Source: Promethearchaeota archaeon
GTDB taxonomy: Archaea > Asgardarchaeota > Lokiarchaeia > Sigyniarchaeales > SOKP01
DNA: 64,000 nucleotides
Direction of reading: 5' to 3'
Assembly (NCBI GenBank): GCA_019894975.1
Contig: JAGXNO010000012.1
Coordinates: 1 to 64,000, forward strand
A program made the translations under genes and the position numbers. The notes under the pieces are model-generated. The model was not told where the DNA came from. It saw only the letters and a program-made list of their open reading frames with translations, and did no database searches. Positions 1 to 10,406 of the stretch are shown here, in pieces; the first letter of the stretch is position 1; each line of letters opens with the position of its first letter.

Positions 1-2
1 CC

Positions 3-443
3 GGAAAGCAAGCAATTGATGGTGATACAGCACAAGTACCTGCAGAGTTAGCTGAAAATTTAGGAATACCTCATATATATTACGGTTTTGACTTAAAAAT
101 TGTGAAAAAAAGAATACATGTTAAAAGAGAAACTGAAAAAGGTTATCAAGTTATTGAAGCTCGATTGCCTACATTAGTTACGATTAGTAAAGGCCCTTCT
201 AGTATTCGGAGATTACCATCTATGAGAGATATTGTAGAAGCAAGAAAAAAACCTATAGCAACTATCGATGCTAAATCTTTGAATTTGAATGAAAAAAGAA
301 TTGGGCTAAATGGATCATTTACCCAAGTAATCAAAATATTTAGTCCTCCTATCAAAGAAGTAGGGGTAATTATTGATGGGAATAAGCCAATTAACGCTGC
401 AGAAAAGTTATTTGGGTTTTTAAAAGAAAAAAAGATTATATAA
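3..443 (+). CDS. etfB: Electron transfer flavoprotein beta subunit (5' partial)
   Basis: The frame is open from the window edge: GKQAIDGDTAQVPAELAENLGIPH..., then LPTLVTI..RLPSMRDI and IGLNGSFTQV. It lies directly upstream of ETF alpha. Confidence 0.93.
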   Translation, partial: GKQAIDGDTAQVPAELAENLGIPHIYYGFDLKIVKKRIHVKRETEKGYQVIEARLPTLVTISKGPSSIRRLPSMRDIVEARKKPIATIDAKSLNLNEKRIGLNGSFTQVIKIFSPPIKEVGVIIDGNKPINAAEKLFGFLKEKKII

Positions 444-463
444 AGAACAAGTGGTGAAAGTAA

Positions 464-1678
464 ATACTCCAAATTAATACAGAAAATTGTATTGGATGCA
501 AAATTTGCGAGCAAGCATGCCCCTATGGAGCAATAATTATCGACGCAGAAACTAAAAAGGCTAAAGTGCTTGATAATTGTACATTATGCGGTTCCTGTAT
601 AAATGTATGTAGATATAATGCCCTTAGTATAAAACGTGAAATGATTCCCTCTGAAGACTTGAATAAATTCAAAGGAATTATAATATTTGGAGAATTAGAA
701 GATAACAATGGTCCTTTAGAATTCAAAAAAGTAGTTTATGAATTATTAAGTAAAGCTATAGAGTTAAATAAAGACCTAAATGAACCCATTTCTGTAGTCG
801 TTCTTGGACCACCAGGATTATCAGGGCTAATTGACGATCTTTTTTATTATGGTGCAGATATTGTATATCTCTGTGAACATGAGTTATTGAAGGAATTTTC
901 AAATGATGGATATACGACTGTACTTACTTCAGTCATAATAGATAATAAACCATCTATCGTATTATACGGTGCAACAATAAAGGGACGTGAATTAGCACCA
1001 AGAATTGCAGCCAGACTTAATTTAGGATTGACGGCAGATTGTACTGGGTTATCAATTAACACACAAAAGCAACTTGTGCAAACACGTCCTGCTTTTGGGG
1101 GCAATATAATGGCCTCGATATTATCTCCATATACAAGACCACAGATGGCAACAGTTAGACCAAATACATTCTCAACAACCAAATTATTAGAACCACAAAG
1201 AAGTAAAATTGAAAAAATTAAAGTAAAATTAGAAAGACAAAATATTAGAACAAAAATTATTGGAGAATTTAGTTCTAAAACAGAATTAACCAATATTGAA
1301 GATGCGGATATTCTAATTTCCGTTGGAAGAGGCATTGGAAATAAAGAAAATATTAAATTAATCCAAGAGCTTGCTCAAGAATTAAATGGATCAATATCAA
1401 GTTCACGAGCATTAGTAGAGCTTGGTTGGACAGATCACCCAATTCAAGTTGGTCAATCAGGGAAAACCGTATCTCCTAAAGTGTATTTTGCCCTAGGAAT
1501 AAGTGGAGCAATTCAACACTTAGTGGGAATGCAAACGAGTGATATTATTATAGCTATCAATAGTGATCCTGAAGCCCCAATTTTTAAAGTAGCGGATTTT
1601 GGTATTGTCGGTGATTTATTTGAAATAATTCCTCAATTTCTTAAATTATGCAGAAATAATAAAGAATCCTTGATATAA
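464..1678 (+). CDS. etfA: ETF alpha subunit with N-terminal 2x[4Fe-4S] ferredoxin domain (probable ATA start)
   Basis: Motifs GLTADCT, TRPAFGGN, QVGQSGKTV and GISGAIQH. The frame extends upstream of the ORF call (566) through CIGCKICEQACP to ATA at 464, bounded by TAA at 461, with GGTGA at 453-457. Confidence 0.93.
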   Translation: MLQINTENCIGCKICEQACPYGAIIIDAETKKAKVLDNCTLCGSCINVCRYNALSIKREMIPSEDLNKFKGIIIFGELEDNNGPLEFKKVVYELLSKAIELNKDLNEPISVVVLGPPGLSGLIDDLFYYGADIVYLCEHELLKEFSNDGYTTVLTSVIIDNKPSIVLYGATIKGRELAPRIAARLNLGLTADCTGLSINTQKQLVQTRPAFGGNIMASILSPYTRPQMATVRPNTFSTTKLLEPQRSKIEKIKVKLERQNIRTKIIGEFSSKTELTNIEDADILISVGRGIGNKENIKLIQELAQELNGSISSSRALVELGWTDHPIQVGQSGKTVSPKVYFALGISGAIQHLVGMQTSDIIIAINSDPEAPIFKVADFGIVGDLFEIIPQFLKLCRNNKESLI

Positions 1679-1807
1679 TCTATAGAAAATAAAATTTTTA
1701 TGGAAATCTCTTTACCTAGAGTAACTCATGAATCATCGGTTTTATAGTACATAAATGTTATGTTCTAATGTAAGTAAAAATATGTTCTAATTAGGTGATA
1801 ATTAATT

Positions 1808-3958
1808 ATGACTATAGAATGTTCATCATCATTTTGCCAAGAAGAAGGGGAAGAATTAGAAGAAGAATCTTTTTTTGAGGAACACTTTTGGCACTTCCTT
1901 GTACCAGCAGGTATAATTCTAGCACTTTCAATTATTATAGAACTTGTTTTTGAATTAATAATACTTGATCAAGGTCTTGCTGTGATTTCAATTTTTCTTT
2001 CAAGTTCAGGTGTAGTAAAAGAGGCAATCGAAGATGTTAAAGATAAGAAAATAACGGCAAATCTATTGATGATTATTGCGGCTGTCGCTTCTTTTTTCAT
2101 ATTTCATGGTCAGGAAGGCGCAACCGCATTATTACTATATGCCATAGCAGAAAGATTAGAAGAAATAACTGCAGATAAATCAAGAAATGCAATTAAAGAA
2201 CTTCTTGAATTAGCTCCCGATGACGCTTTATTAAAAACCGGAGATGGTTATAAAAATGTTCCATCAAAAGAAATAAAAGTTGGTGATATAGTCGGAATAA
2301 AACCTGGGATGAAAGTTCCTTTAGATGGCTCTATTATTAAAGGAAGCTCTTATTTTGATGAAAGTGCGATTACCGGGGAATCAGTTCCAGTATTTAAAAA
2401 GCAAGGTGATGAAATCTTTGCTGCAAGTTTGAATTCTGATAGTTTTGTGGATATAGAAGTCATACGAGAAAGTAAAAATACAATTGTAGCTCAAATCGCA
2501 GAGAGTGTTAAATTTGCTCAGCAAAATAAAAGTGTTCATGAAAGGTTTATTGAAAAATTTGCGAGATATTATACTCCAATTATAATCTTATCTTCAATTT
2601 TTGTAATGCTTATACCGGTCATATTTAATTTAGATTTTTACGATTGGTTTTATCGCGGTTTAGTTTTATTAGTAGTTTCTTGCCCTTGTGCCTTAACGTT
2701 ATCTACTCCTTTAGCAAATATTGCTTCCTTAACAAAACAAGCAAGAGAAGGAATTCTCGTTAAAGGAAATAAATTTATTGAACAAATTCAAAATATTGAA
2801 GTGTTTGCTTTTGATAAGACAGGTACGCTTACTGAAGGCAATTTGAAGTTATTTGATATTTATACTTATAATAGTGCTTCAAAAAACGATGTTATTAGCA
2901 TTGCAGCAAGTTTAGAAGCCTTGTCAGAACATCCTATTGGAAAAACAATAGTGAAGCAAGCAAAGGATATGAACCTGCCTTTTCAGAGTGTAGATAATTT
3001 TGAGGTAATTAAAGGAAAAGGCATAAAAGGAGAAATAAACGGTGAACTTTTCTATGTAGGAAGTAAAAACTTTATTGAAGAATTTAAGCATAAACTCCCT
3101 ATAGAAGATATTAATGAAATCGAAGAATCTGGCACAATTCCAATTCTTTTAAGCAATCAACAGAATTTATTAGGAATACTGTCAATTAGAGATGTCTTAC
3201 GAGTTTCAGCACCCATTTTAATAAACGGTCTAAAAAATAGAGGTTACAAAACAGTTTTAATATCTGGTGATAATCAAAAGGTTTGTAATTCAATCGGAGC
3301 TTGTTTAGATATTGATTACACATATGGTGAACAGCTACCAGATCAGAAATTACAAGAAATTCAGAGATTAAAACAACAATATAAGGGTGTTGCGATGGTA
3401 GGAGATGGGATTAATGATGCTCCTGCATTAGCACTCTCAGATCTCGGAATTGCAATTGGTGCGTCGGCGACAGATATTACTCTTGAAACTGCGGACATTA
3501 TAATAATTAATGATGATTTGAAAAAAATCCTTACATACGTAGACATCGCTAAAAAAACCAATAGAAAAATTAAACAAAACATATGGGCTTCAATATTAAT
3601 AAAGGTATCGTTTGCAATACTTACCGTTTTAGGATTGATGAATCTATGGTTTGCAGTAGGTGTGGGGGATATGGGATTGAGTCTGGCTATTATGTTAAAT
3701 AGTATGACTATTTTCAGATATAAGTTTCATTATAGAGAAGTCTCTAAAGAAGAAATTGAAAATGAATCGAAGTTAATTATATGTGAACATTGTGAGACTA
3801 AGGATATTATTCCACAACATCATGGTCGAGATATGGTACAGAAGGGAGATAAGTTAGTTTGCTGGAAAAATATCTTAAGCAGTGAAGAATTAGAAACCTG
3901 CGATGAAGAACTTCCTCTCCATTGTCCCTATTGTGAAGAGAAAATGGAATTAAAATAA
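1808..3958 (+). CDS. Heavy-metal P1B-type ATPase (ZntA/CadA-like, P1B-2) with C-terminal Cys/His domain
   Basis: TGES, CPC, DKTGT, SEHP and GDGINDAP motifs; Lys and D-x-G in the last TM helices. Confidence 0.92.
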   Translation: MTIECSSSFCQEEGEELEEESFFEEHFWHFLVPAGIILALSIIIELVFELIILDQGLAVISIFLSSSGVVKEAIEDVKDKKITANLLMIIAAVASFFIFHGQEGATALLLYAIAERLEEITADKSRNAIKELLELAPDDALLKTGDGYKNVPSKEIKVGDIVGIKPGMKVPLDGSIIKGSSYFDESAITGESVPVFKKQGDEIFAASLNSDSFVDIEVIRESKNTIVAQIAESVKFAQQNKSVHERFIEKFARYYTPIIILSSIFVMLIPVIFNLDFYDWFYRGLVLLVVSCPCALTLSTPLANIASLTKQAREGILVKGNKFIEQIQNIEVFAFDKTGTLTEGNLKLFDIYTYNSASKNDVISIAASLEALSEHPIGKTIVKQAKDMNLPFQSVDNFEVIKGKGIKGEINGELFYVGSKNFIEEFKHKLPIEDINEIEESGTIPILLSNQQNLLGILSIRDVLRVSAPILINGLKNRGYKTVLISGDNQKVCNSIGACLDIDYTYGEQLPDQKLQEIQRLKQQYKGVAMVGDGINDAPALALSDLGIAIGASATDITLETADIIIINDDLKKILTYVDIAKKTNRKIKQNIWASILIKVSFAILTVLGLMNLWFAVGVGDMGLSLAIMLNSMTIFRYKFHYREVSKEEIENESKLIICEHCETKDIIPQHHGRDMVQKGDKLVCWKNILSSEELETCDEELPLHCPYCEEKMELK

Positions 3959-4202
3959 TGCTTAAATTATAAGAATCAAACTAATTTCAAAATTAGGGTG
4001 CTTTATTAATGCTTAGTTAGATTTTTTTATAGGACAAACCCAGGATGAAAATATATCAAATTAATACCAAAATTCCCCTAAAATCTGCGAAGACCTTCTA
4101 AATCTAAAAACAAAATATTAAGTTTAGGTTATATCAAGAAGTAAATCATTTCTCAAGTTATTTGTATTTTCATCAAATAATTAATAGAGGATTTATAGAT
4201 AG

Positions 4203-4688
4203 ATGTGTGCAAAAGCTTATTTTAAGAAACCCGGAAAGAGTGATTTGGTCCTGAGAGAATTGAGTAAACTCCCATATCAATTTGTACTCCTTAGAAATGT
4301 GTTCATAAGTCTACAGTGGCCTGTGACCTACCAAAAAACCACTGAATCAGTGAAATCGTGTCAAATAGATTATGTTGTTATTGGTCCTTCAGGTATATTT
4401 ATAATTGAAGCAAAAAATTGGGACGAAATTACATTTAAAGAAAAGACTCCACATGAAGAAGTTGATAAGGCGGGTCTAATAATGTATATAAAACTCAATC
4501 GCTATTTTACTAAAAAGATTCCTATCTACAACATCGTAGCTACAATAAAGCATGGGTCTCTTATTCGATACGGATTTGTACATCAATTATCTGTGTGGCA
4601 ACTAACCAACTTTATATATAGTCAGGACAGCAATATATCAAAAGCAGAAATCCGTAAAATAAGGAGATTACATATGAGTAACAAATGA
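4203..4688 (+). CDS. NERD (nuclease-related) domain protein
   Basis: QIDYVVIGPSGIFIIEAKNW PD-(D/E)xK NERD motif. Confidence 0.8.
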   Translation: MCAKAYFKKPGKSDLVLRELSKLPYQFVLLRNVFISLQWPVTYQKTTESVKSCQIDYVVIGPSGIFIIEAKNWDEITFKEKTPHEEVDKAGLIMYIKLNRYFTKKIPIYNIVATIKHGSLIRYGFVHQLSVWQLTNFIYSQDSNISKAEIRKIRRLHMSNK

Positions 4689-4982
4689 CCCTTTTTCTAA
4701 AATGTATATATCTGATTTGAAAATTAATTCAATTTTTGGAAATTTCTCCTATTGGGGAAGATTATACCTTATTTTTTTTTATACTGACTGTATTTTTTTT
4801 ATTACTCATTATTATCAACTCTCGTTTTCATTCTTGGGTAATAATTTACCCAAGAACAGAAGATTATTCAGAGAAGTTATTCTTGGGGATTAGAATATAA
4901 ATTTTGATCTTAAGGGTAATTATAAATAAAATATAAACTAAAATACATCTATATTACTATTTATAGAAGTTGAATTTAAGAA

Positions 4983-6518
4983 ATGGAAACTATAAAAGAA
5001 CCATCAAGAGACATCCCTATCCGTGATAAAGTAGACGTGATAGTTGTCGGAGGAGGTCCTGCTGGGATAGGAGCAGCGTTATCTTCTGCACGAAATGGAG
5101 CTAAAACAGTTCTTATAGAACGATTTGGAAGTTTGGGAGGACAGCAAACTCAAGGTCTTAATTCAGTTTTCTCACGGGTTGATCCCCAATTACATAATGG
5201 GATAGTACATGAAGTAATTCATCGTCTTATGGAAGGTGGTGCTATGAGAAAACCAGATGAAAGGCAAATAAGAAGTAATCCCATGGTATCTCGCTTTATT
5301 AAAAGATATGGGGAAGAAAATATTCCAAAGCGACTGCTTAACACGAATGTAGGTTGGTGGGGTGGAGAGACGATCTTTGACCTTGAATATTATAAATTTC
5401 TTCTTGATTCAATGATGCAAGAAGCGGGTGTTAATTTATACCTTCATTCCTTTGCGGCTGCAGCAATAAGAGATGGAAATACACTAAAAGGCATAATTAC
5501 AGAAGGTAAGGAAGGAAGACGCGCACTTTTGGGAAAAGCTGTAATTGATACTACAGGTGATGGAGATATAGCATGGAAATGTGGTGCACCGGTAATGGAT
5601 GATAAGATACCTTTAGGCCGACGTAAAGGTCGTAATATGGGATCATTGACCGCTTTCTACCTTGGAGGGGTAGATGTCAGGAAATGGTTAGATTTCAGGA
5701 AAGCTCATATGGATGAATGGGGTCAAATGTATGGGGGTCATAGAATTATTAAAGAAGCCCGAAAGAAAGGGGCACATATCAGAGGTGACAGTATTATATT
5801 ATCACCAATGCATAGTGTTCATGGTGGTGGACGAGTATGGGTTATGAACCCCATGTATGGTCCAAGAGAAGATCACCATTTATGGATGCCTGAAGAACAA
5901 ACAAATCTTGAAATAAGCTTAAGAAAGCAAGCTTTTGCGGTCCAAAATTTATTAAAGCAGCAAATTCCTGGTTTTGAAAAGTGTTTCGTTGAAAAAACCG
6001 CCAACTATCCAGTAACAACAATGCACAGAATCATTGGTGACCATGTAGTTAATGTTGCTGAAATGCGTGAGGGTAAAGCGTTTGAGGATTCAATTGCTAT
6101 AAACAATCAACCCCCAGACATATGGGAGGTTACTGGTAGGTGGGGTTATGAAATTCTCCCTCATGATATTCCTTATCGCTCTATAGTTTCTAAAGAAGTT
6201 GATAATCTACTAGCTGCGGGTACAACTATTTCATGTGGAATTTTTACAAATGGAGGTTTGAGGTACTGTACACCAAGTATGTGTACAGGTCAAGCAGCAG
6301 GCACAGCTGCAGCCCTAGCTGCAATGAATAATATAAGTCCCAAAGATCTAGATGTAAATCTATTACGAGATACTCTTCGTATGCAAAAAGCTGTTGTTAG
6401 TGTCAGAGAGGTGACAGAGGAAATTATTGAACCATATCGTTTCATGAAGAGCATCTCAGTAGTAAATAAAAAGAATTCAGATGTTAGTATAGATGAAGAA
6501 GCAATAGGTCGATACTAA
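4983..6518 (+). CDS. FAD-dependent oxidoreductase (FAD_oxidored/PF12831-like)
   Basis: DVIVVGGGPAG, IDTTGDGD, IPYRSIV..VDNLLAAG and GQAAGTAAALA. Confidence 0.88.
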   Translation: METIKEPSRDIPIRDKVDVIVVGGGPAGIGAALSSARNGAKTVLIERFGSLGGQQTQGLNSVFSRVDPQLHNGIVHEVIHRLMEGGAMRKPDERQIRSNPMVSRFIKRYGEENIPKRLLNTNVGWWGGETIFDLEYYKFLLDSMMQEAGVNLYLHSFAAAAIRDGNTLKGIITEGKEGRRALLGKAVIDTTGDGDIAWKCGAPVMDDKIPLGRRKGRNMGSLTAFYLGGVDVRKWLDFRKAHMDEWGQMYGGHRIIKEARKKGAHIRGDSIILSPMHSVHGGGRVWVMNPMYGPREDHHLWMPEEQTNLEISLRKQAFAVQNLLKQQIPGFEKCFVEKTANYPVTTMHRIIGDHVVNVAEMREGKAFEDSIAINNQPPDIWEVTGRWGYEILPHDIPYRSIVSKEVDNLLAAGTTISCGIFTNGGLRYCTPSMCTGQAAGTAAALAAMNNISPKDLDVNLLRDTLRMQKAVVSVREVTEEIIEPYRFMKSISVVNKKNSDVSIDEEAIGRY

Positions 6519-6541
6519 TCTAATAATACTTTGCTTTATTA

Positions 6542-8128
6542 TTATCTAAATAATATATACTTAGCTGAAGTGATATTAGGTAGTTTTGCGAGTTGGAGCA
6601 GTACATCCTCAGGTACAAAATTATCTACATTTATAAGAGAAATAGCAATACCATCTAGCTCCCTACGACCCAACTGAAATCCTGCAATGTTGATTTCTTT
6701 TTCACCAAGAAATGTTCCCACTCGGCCTACAACGCCGGGAACATCTTGATTCTCTAACATTAACATCCCACCTGATAATTCCGCCTCAATAGGAAATAGA
6801 TTGATCTTTACGATCTTAGAAACATTCCCGAAGATTGTTCCCGCTACTGATGTTTTACCTTTCTCAGTGATAGTAATTACACGAATCAAACTCGTATAAT
6901 TTTCTGCTTTCTTTGACTTTGTCTCTGTTATTTTTATTCCACGTTCTTCAGCTATCATACGTGCATTAACTAAATTGACCTCTTCAGTCTGATGTTGAAG
7001 AATTCCTTTTAAGACTGAAATGGTAAGTGGTTCTATTGAAAGGTCTGAAGCATCTCCTAAATACTCCACACGGAGTTCATTGAGTGGATTTTCAAGAAGT
7101 TGTCCATGAAATGACCCTAATTTCTCACAGAGGGTGAGGTAAGGTTGTAGTAGAGGGAGTAACTCTGCTGCCACAGAAGGAAAGTTAATTGAATTGCGAA
7201 TTATCCCTTTGTTAAGTAAATCACTAATTTGTTCTGCGATCAATACAGCAACCTTTTTTTGAGCTTCATTAGTTGAAGCACCTAAATGAGGAGTTAGAAT
7301 TGCATTGGGATGTTTATATAGTAATTTATCTGAGGGGGGTGGTTCTACGGGGAAAACATCAAGTGCGATACCCTTAATATACTCAGATTCAAGAGCGTTT
7401 AAAAGATCATCTTCATTAATTAAAGCACCCCGAGCACAATTAATTATAAAAACTCCTTTTTTCATCTTTGTAATTGTCTGAGCATTAATCATCCCCTTTG
7501 TTTCAGGTGTAAGTGGCGTATGATAGCTAATGAAATCAGATCGAGCATAAATTTCATCAAGGTTAACAGGTTCTATCCCTAACTTCAGCATATCTTCTTT
7601 AGAAACATAAGGATCATAGCCTAAAACTACCATTTTAAGCCCCAAAGCTCGTTCAGCTACTATTTTCCCAATGTTACCAATACCCACAATCCCCAGAGTT
7701 TTATCAGTGAGTTCGGTTCCTATAAACTTCTTCTTCTCCCATTTTCCCGCCTTCATTGAAGCAGAAGCTTGGGGTACTTGACGAGCTAGAGCAAACATTA
7801 AAGCAATTGCGTGTTCTCCAGTAGTTATAGTATTTCCTCCTGGTGTATTCATAACCACGACACCACTTTTTGTAGCAGATTTTGTATCAATATTGTTTGT
7901 GCCAGAACCAGCACGACCTATTACTTTCAAACGAGAAATTTTATTAAATGTTTCAGCTTCTACTTTTGTAGCGCCGCGGAGAGCTATTCCATCATAGTGA
8001 TCAATGATACTAGCTAATTCTTCTGGAGTTAATTTTCCTTTAACGTCCACTTGAATTCCCTCTCGATTGAATACTTCAATAGCGGCCTCATGAAGATTAT
8101 CGAGTACAAGCACTTTCAAATTTCCCAT
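6542..8128 (-). CDS. serA: D-3-phosphoglycerate dehydrogenase with ASB and ACT domains
   Basis: RAGSG, GIGNIG, INCARG and TPHLGAST; C-terminal ACT domain (DVPGVVGRVG...NIA). Confidence 0.95.
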   Translation of the reverse strand: MGNLKVLVLDNLHEAAIEVFNREGIQVDVKGKLTPEELASIIDHYDGIALRGATKVEAETFNKISRLKVIGRAGSGTNNIDTKSATKSGVVVMNTPGGNTITTGEHAIALMFALARQVPQASASMKAGKWEKKKFIGTELTDKTLGIVGIGNIGKIVAERALGLKMVVLGYDPYVSKEDMLKLGIEPVNLDEIYARSDFISYHTPLTPETKGMINAQTITKMKKGVFIINCARGALINEDDLLNALESEYIKGIALDVFPVEPPPSDKLLYKHPNAILTPHLGASTNEAQKKVAVLIAEQISDLLNKGIIRNSINFPSVAAELLPLLQPYLTLCEKLGSFHGQLLENPLNELRVEYLGDASDLSIEPLTISVLKGILQHQTEEVNLVNARMIAEERGIKITETKSKKAENYTSLIRVITITEKGKTSVAGTIFGNVSKIVKINLFPIEAELSGGMLMLENQDVPGVVGRVGTFLGEKEINIAGFQLGRRELDGIAISLINVDNFVPEDVLLQLAKLPNITSAKYILFR

Positions 8129-8328
8129 TTACTCTCATCCTTTCTGTTTATTCACGTAAAATTTTTAATTTGCTATAAATCTAAATCCTACTGATTGATA
8201 GAATAAAATTTGTTCATTTAAATTTATTACTACAAGAAAGATTAGAAGCATGATTATAAAGAATTATATAGGTAATTTAATTTACACCTATGCGAAACAG
8301 AGCTGAGAAAAAATAAACGTTTTAGATA

Positions 8329-10152
8329 TCATTTACGCACTAATTCTTTAAATTCCTTTAAGACATTAAGATTATTAAACTTTTTATCCTGCAAGATACG
8401 TTCAATATAATTTTCATCGCTCTTTATTACTTTTTTCAGCAATTCCAAAGCTTTTTCTGTATTATGTCTTAATGATTCAAGACAAGCGAGATTATATAAA
8501 ATTTCACTATTCGTTGAATCCTTCTTCAATGCCTTGTTAAGATAACTTTCGGCTTTTTCAAAATTTCCCATACTTAAAAACAAATAGCCAAGATTGTTTT
8601 GAACATCAGCAACGTTATAATTATAAGTTTTAGGGTCGTTTTTTGCATAAACTTTCAAGATTTTTAATGCACCAAGATATAATCGCTCCGCATCTTCAAA
8701 TTTTTGTAATCTGGTGGATACAGTCCCGAGAGAATTCTGAATAAGAGCAACATTATATGCATACACTTCTGGATTTTTTTCTGCTAATTGTTTAGAAATC
8801 TTTAATGCTTCACTGAACCTTGGTTCTGCTTCCTCAAATCTATTTAAAGTAGCATATAAATCTCCAAGATCCAATAGAGTAAGGACTAATTCAGGGTAAA
8901 CTTCCTCAGGGTAATGTTCTGCTATTGTCTTTTCAATTTTTAAGGCTTCTAGGTGCATCCTTTCAGCATCTTCAAATCTCTTTAATTCAGTATAGACCAG
9001 CCCAAGATTACTCTGTGTCTTAGCAATATCGATTAGATACATATCATAAGACATTTTTGCTAATGTTTTGTAGGTTTCTATGGAATCAATAGAACCATCC
9101 TGAAGATCTTCTATTAAGTCTAAATCAATACCTACATTTCCAAAACTGCTTTTCTTTGATGGTTCTTCTGGAAGATATATACCGTAAAATCGTTTTAATA
9201 ATTCATTATATGCCTTCATATCATCAAGATACGAATTATCTAGACCACTAAAGTCTTTCGAATGAAAATCAGGAGAATGGGCATCGTAATATTGTTTTTC
9301 TAATTCCTTGTATGACCCTAAGGCATTGCTATATATTTTTTCTGCCTCTTCAAATCTCTTCAAATCTATATATAACGTTCCGAGGTTTTTTTGAGTTGCA
9401 GCGATATAGGGTAGATATATTCTGTAATATTTTTTCGCCAGATTTTGGTATAATTCTAAAGCATTAAGATATACTTTCTCTGCAGTCTCAGAATTTCCTA
9501 ATACAGATAATAGAGTTCCAACTACTATTAGAATTGGTGCTTTATATTTATCTTCAAGGATAAAAAGTTCTTCTGCAATATCAATCAATCTTTTGTGTGT
9601 ATAATCAAACTGTTCTATACTATTGGCAATTGCTAGAAACTCGGTTACCAATTCTTCAGTCGGAATTAATTTTGCTTTATGATAAAGAACCTCAATTTTA
9701 TCAAGAAGATCATCTTTAAATCTCTTAATTTTACGCTCATAATAGTTTAAAGCTTTTTCCTGATGTATTTCATTTGTAAAGAGCACTAAAACTTCCTGAA
9801 TTTGGGGGAATGAAAATTCATATATCCCCACTTTGTCTTTTTTTGCTTTCATCAGGCCTGTATCTAATAATTCACGGAAGATATTCTCAAAATTTGGTAA
9901 TTTAAAGGAAATTTTAATGCTTTCACTATCAATGTTGGTTTCTATCTCTGTATTTAAAACAGATAGATTCTTAATCAACTCTAATGCCTCTTCATTTGAT
10001 GAAAGGATCTCTTCAATTACTTGATTATAAAAATCCACTACTTTTGTTTCATCCAAAACCTTAATTTTATCTAAATCTATTCTTTGATAATTTTTTTTTA
10101 TAATCTTTCCTAGAGCACTATGGTCCTCAGGGAGTTTTTTGACTAATTCCAT
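8329..10152 (-). CDS. Tetratricopeptide repeat protein
   Basis: Repeated units such as IAATQKNLGTLY..LKRFEEAE, plus a terminal YNLACL repeat. Confidence 0.88.
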   Translation of the reverse strand: MELVKKLPEDHSALGKIIKKNYQRIDLDKIKVLDETKVVDFYNQVIEEILSSNEEALELIKNLSVLNTEIETNIDSESIKISFKLPNFENIFRELLDTGLMKAKKDKVGIYEFSFPQIQEVLVLFTNEIHQEKALNYYERKIKRFKDDLLDKIEVLYHKAKLIPTEELVTEFLAIANSIEQFDYTHKRLIDIAEELFILEDKYKAPILIVVGTLLSVLGNSETAEKVYLNALELYQNLAKKYYRIYLPYIAATQKNLGTLYIDLKRFEEAEKIYSNALGSYKELEKQYYDAHSPDFHSKDFSGLDNSYLDDMKAYNELLKRFYGIYLPEEPSKKSSFGNVGIDLDLIEDLQDGSIDSIETYKTLAKMSYDMYLIDIAKTQSNLGLVYTELKRFEDAERMHLEALKIEKTIAEHYPEEVYPELVLTLLDLGDLYATLNRFEEAEPRFSEALKISKQLAEKNPEVYAYNVALIQNSLGTVSTRLQKFEDAERLYLGALKILKVYAKNDPKTYNYNVADVQNNLGYLFLSMGNFEKAESYLNKALKKDSTNSEILYNLACLESLRHNTEKALELLKKVIKSDENYIERILQDKKFNNLNVLKEFKELVRK

Positions 10153-10406
10153 TACTTTATTTGGGTATCTTACCTTAAATCACTTCTTCTTCTTCCTATT
10201 GTTGAATTTCATAATCTAATATTTAAATTTACTTCTCATAAATTAATTCTTACACAATCTTATTAGTGAAAAAATAGTACTATTATCTTAAATTTTTTAT
10301 ATTATTGTTGCTAGATATTAACTCGATCTAAAAAGAAATCTAGAAGAAATTCGATTTACAAACAACTAAGAGTGGATAATTTTCCAGAAATTTATGAATA
10401 AATTAG

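Noticed and set aside
146-1335. Antisense ORFs over etfB/etfA, and similar short shadow ORFs throughout the track (e.g. 11152, 25329, 45501, 57670)
   Set aside because: They overlap well-supported genes on the opposite strand or in another frame, and carry no motifs.
4203-4688. NERD protein as the restriction partner of the methyltransferases
   Set aside because: More than 15 kb away from either methyltransferase, with no linkage.
4702-4893. 63-aa ORF between the NERD gene and the oxidoreductase
   Set aside because: T-rich low-complexity spacer, no RBS or motif; probably spurious.
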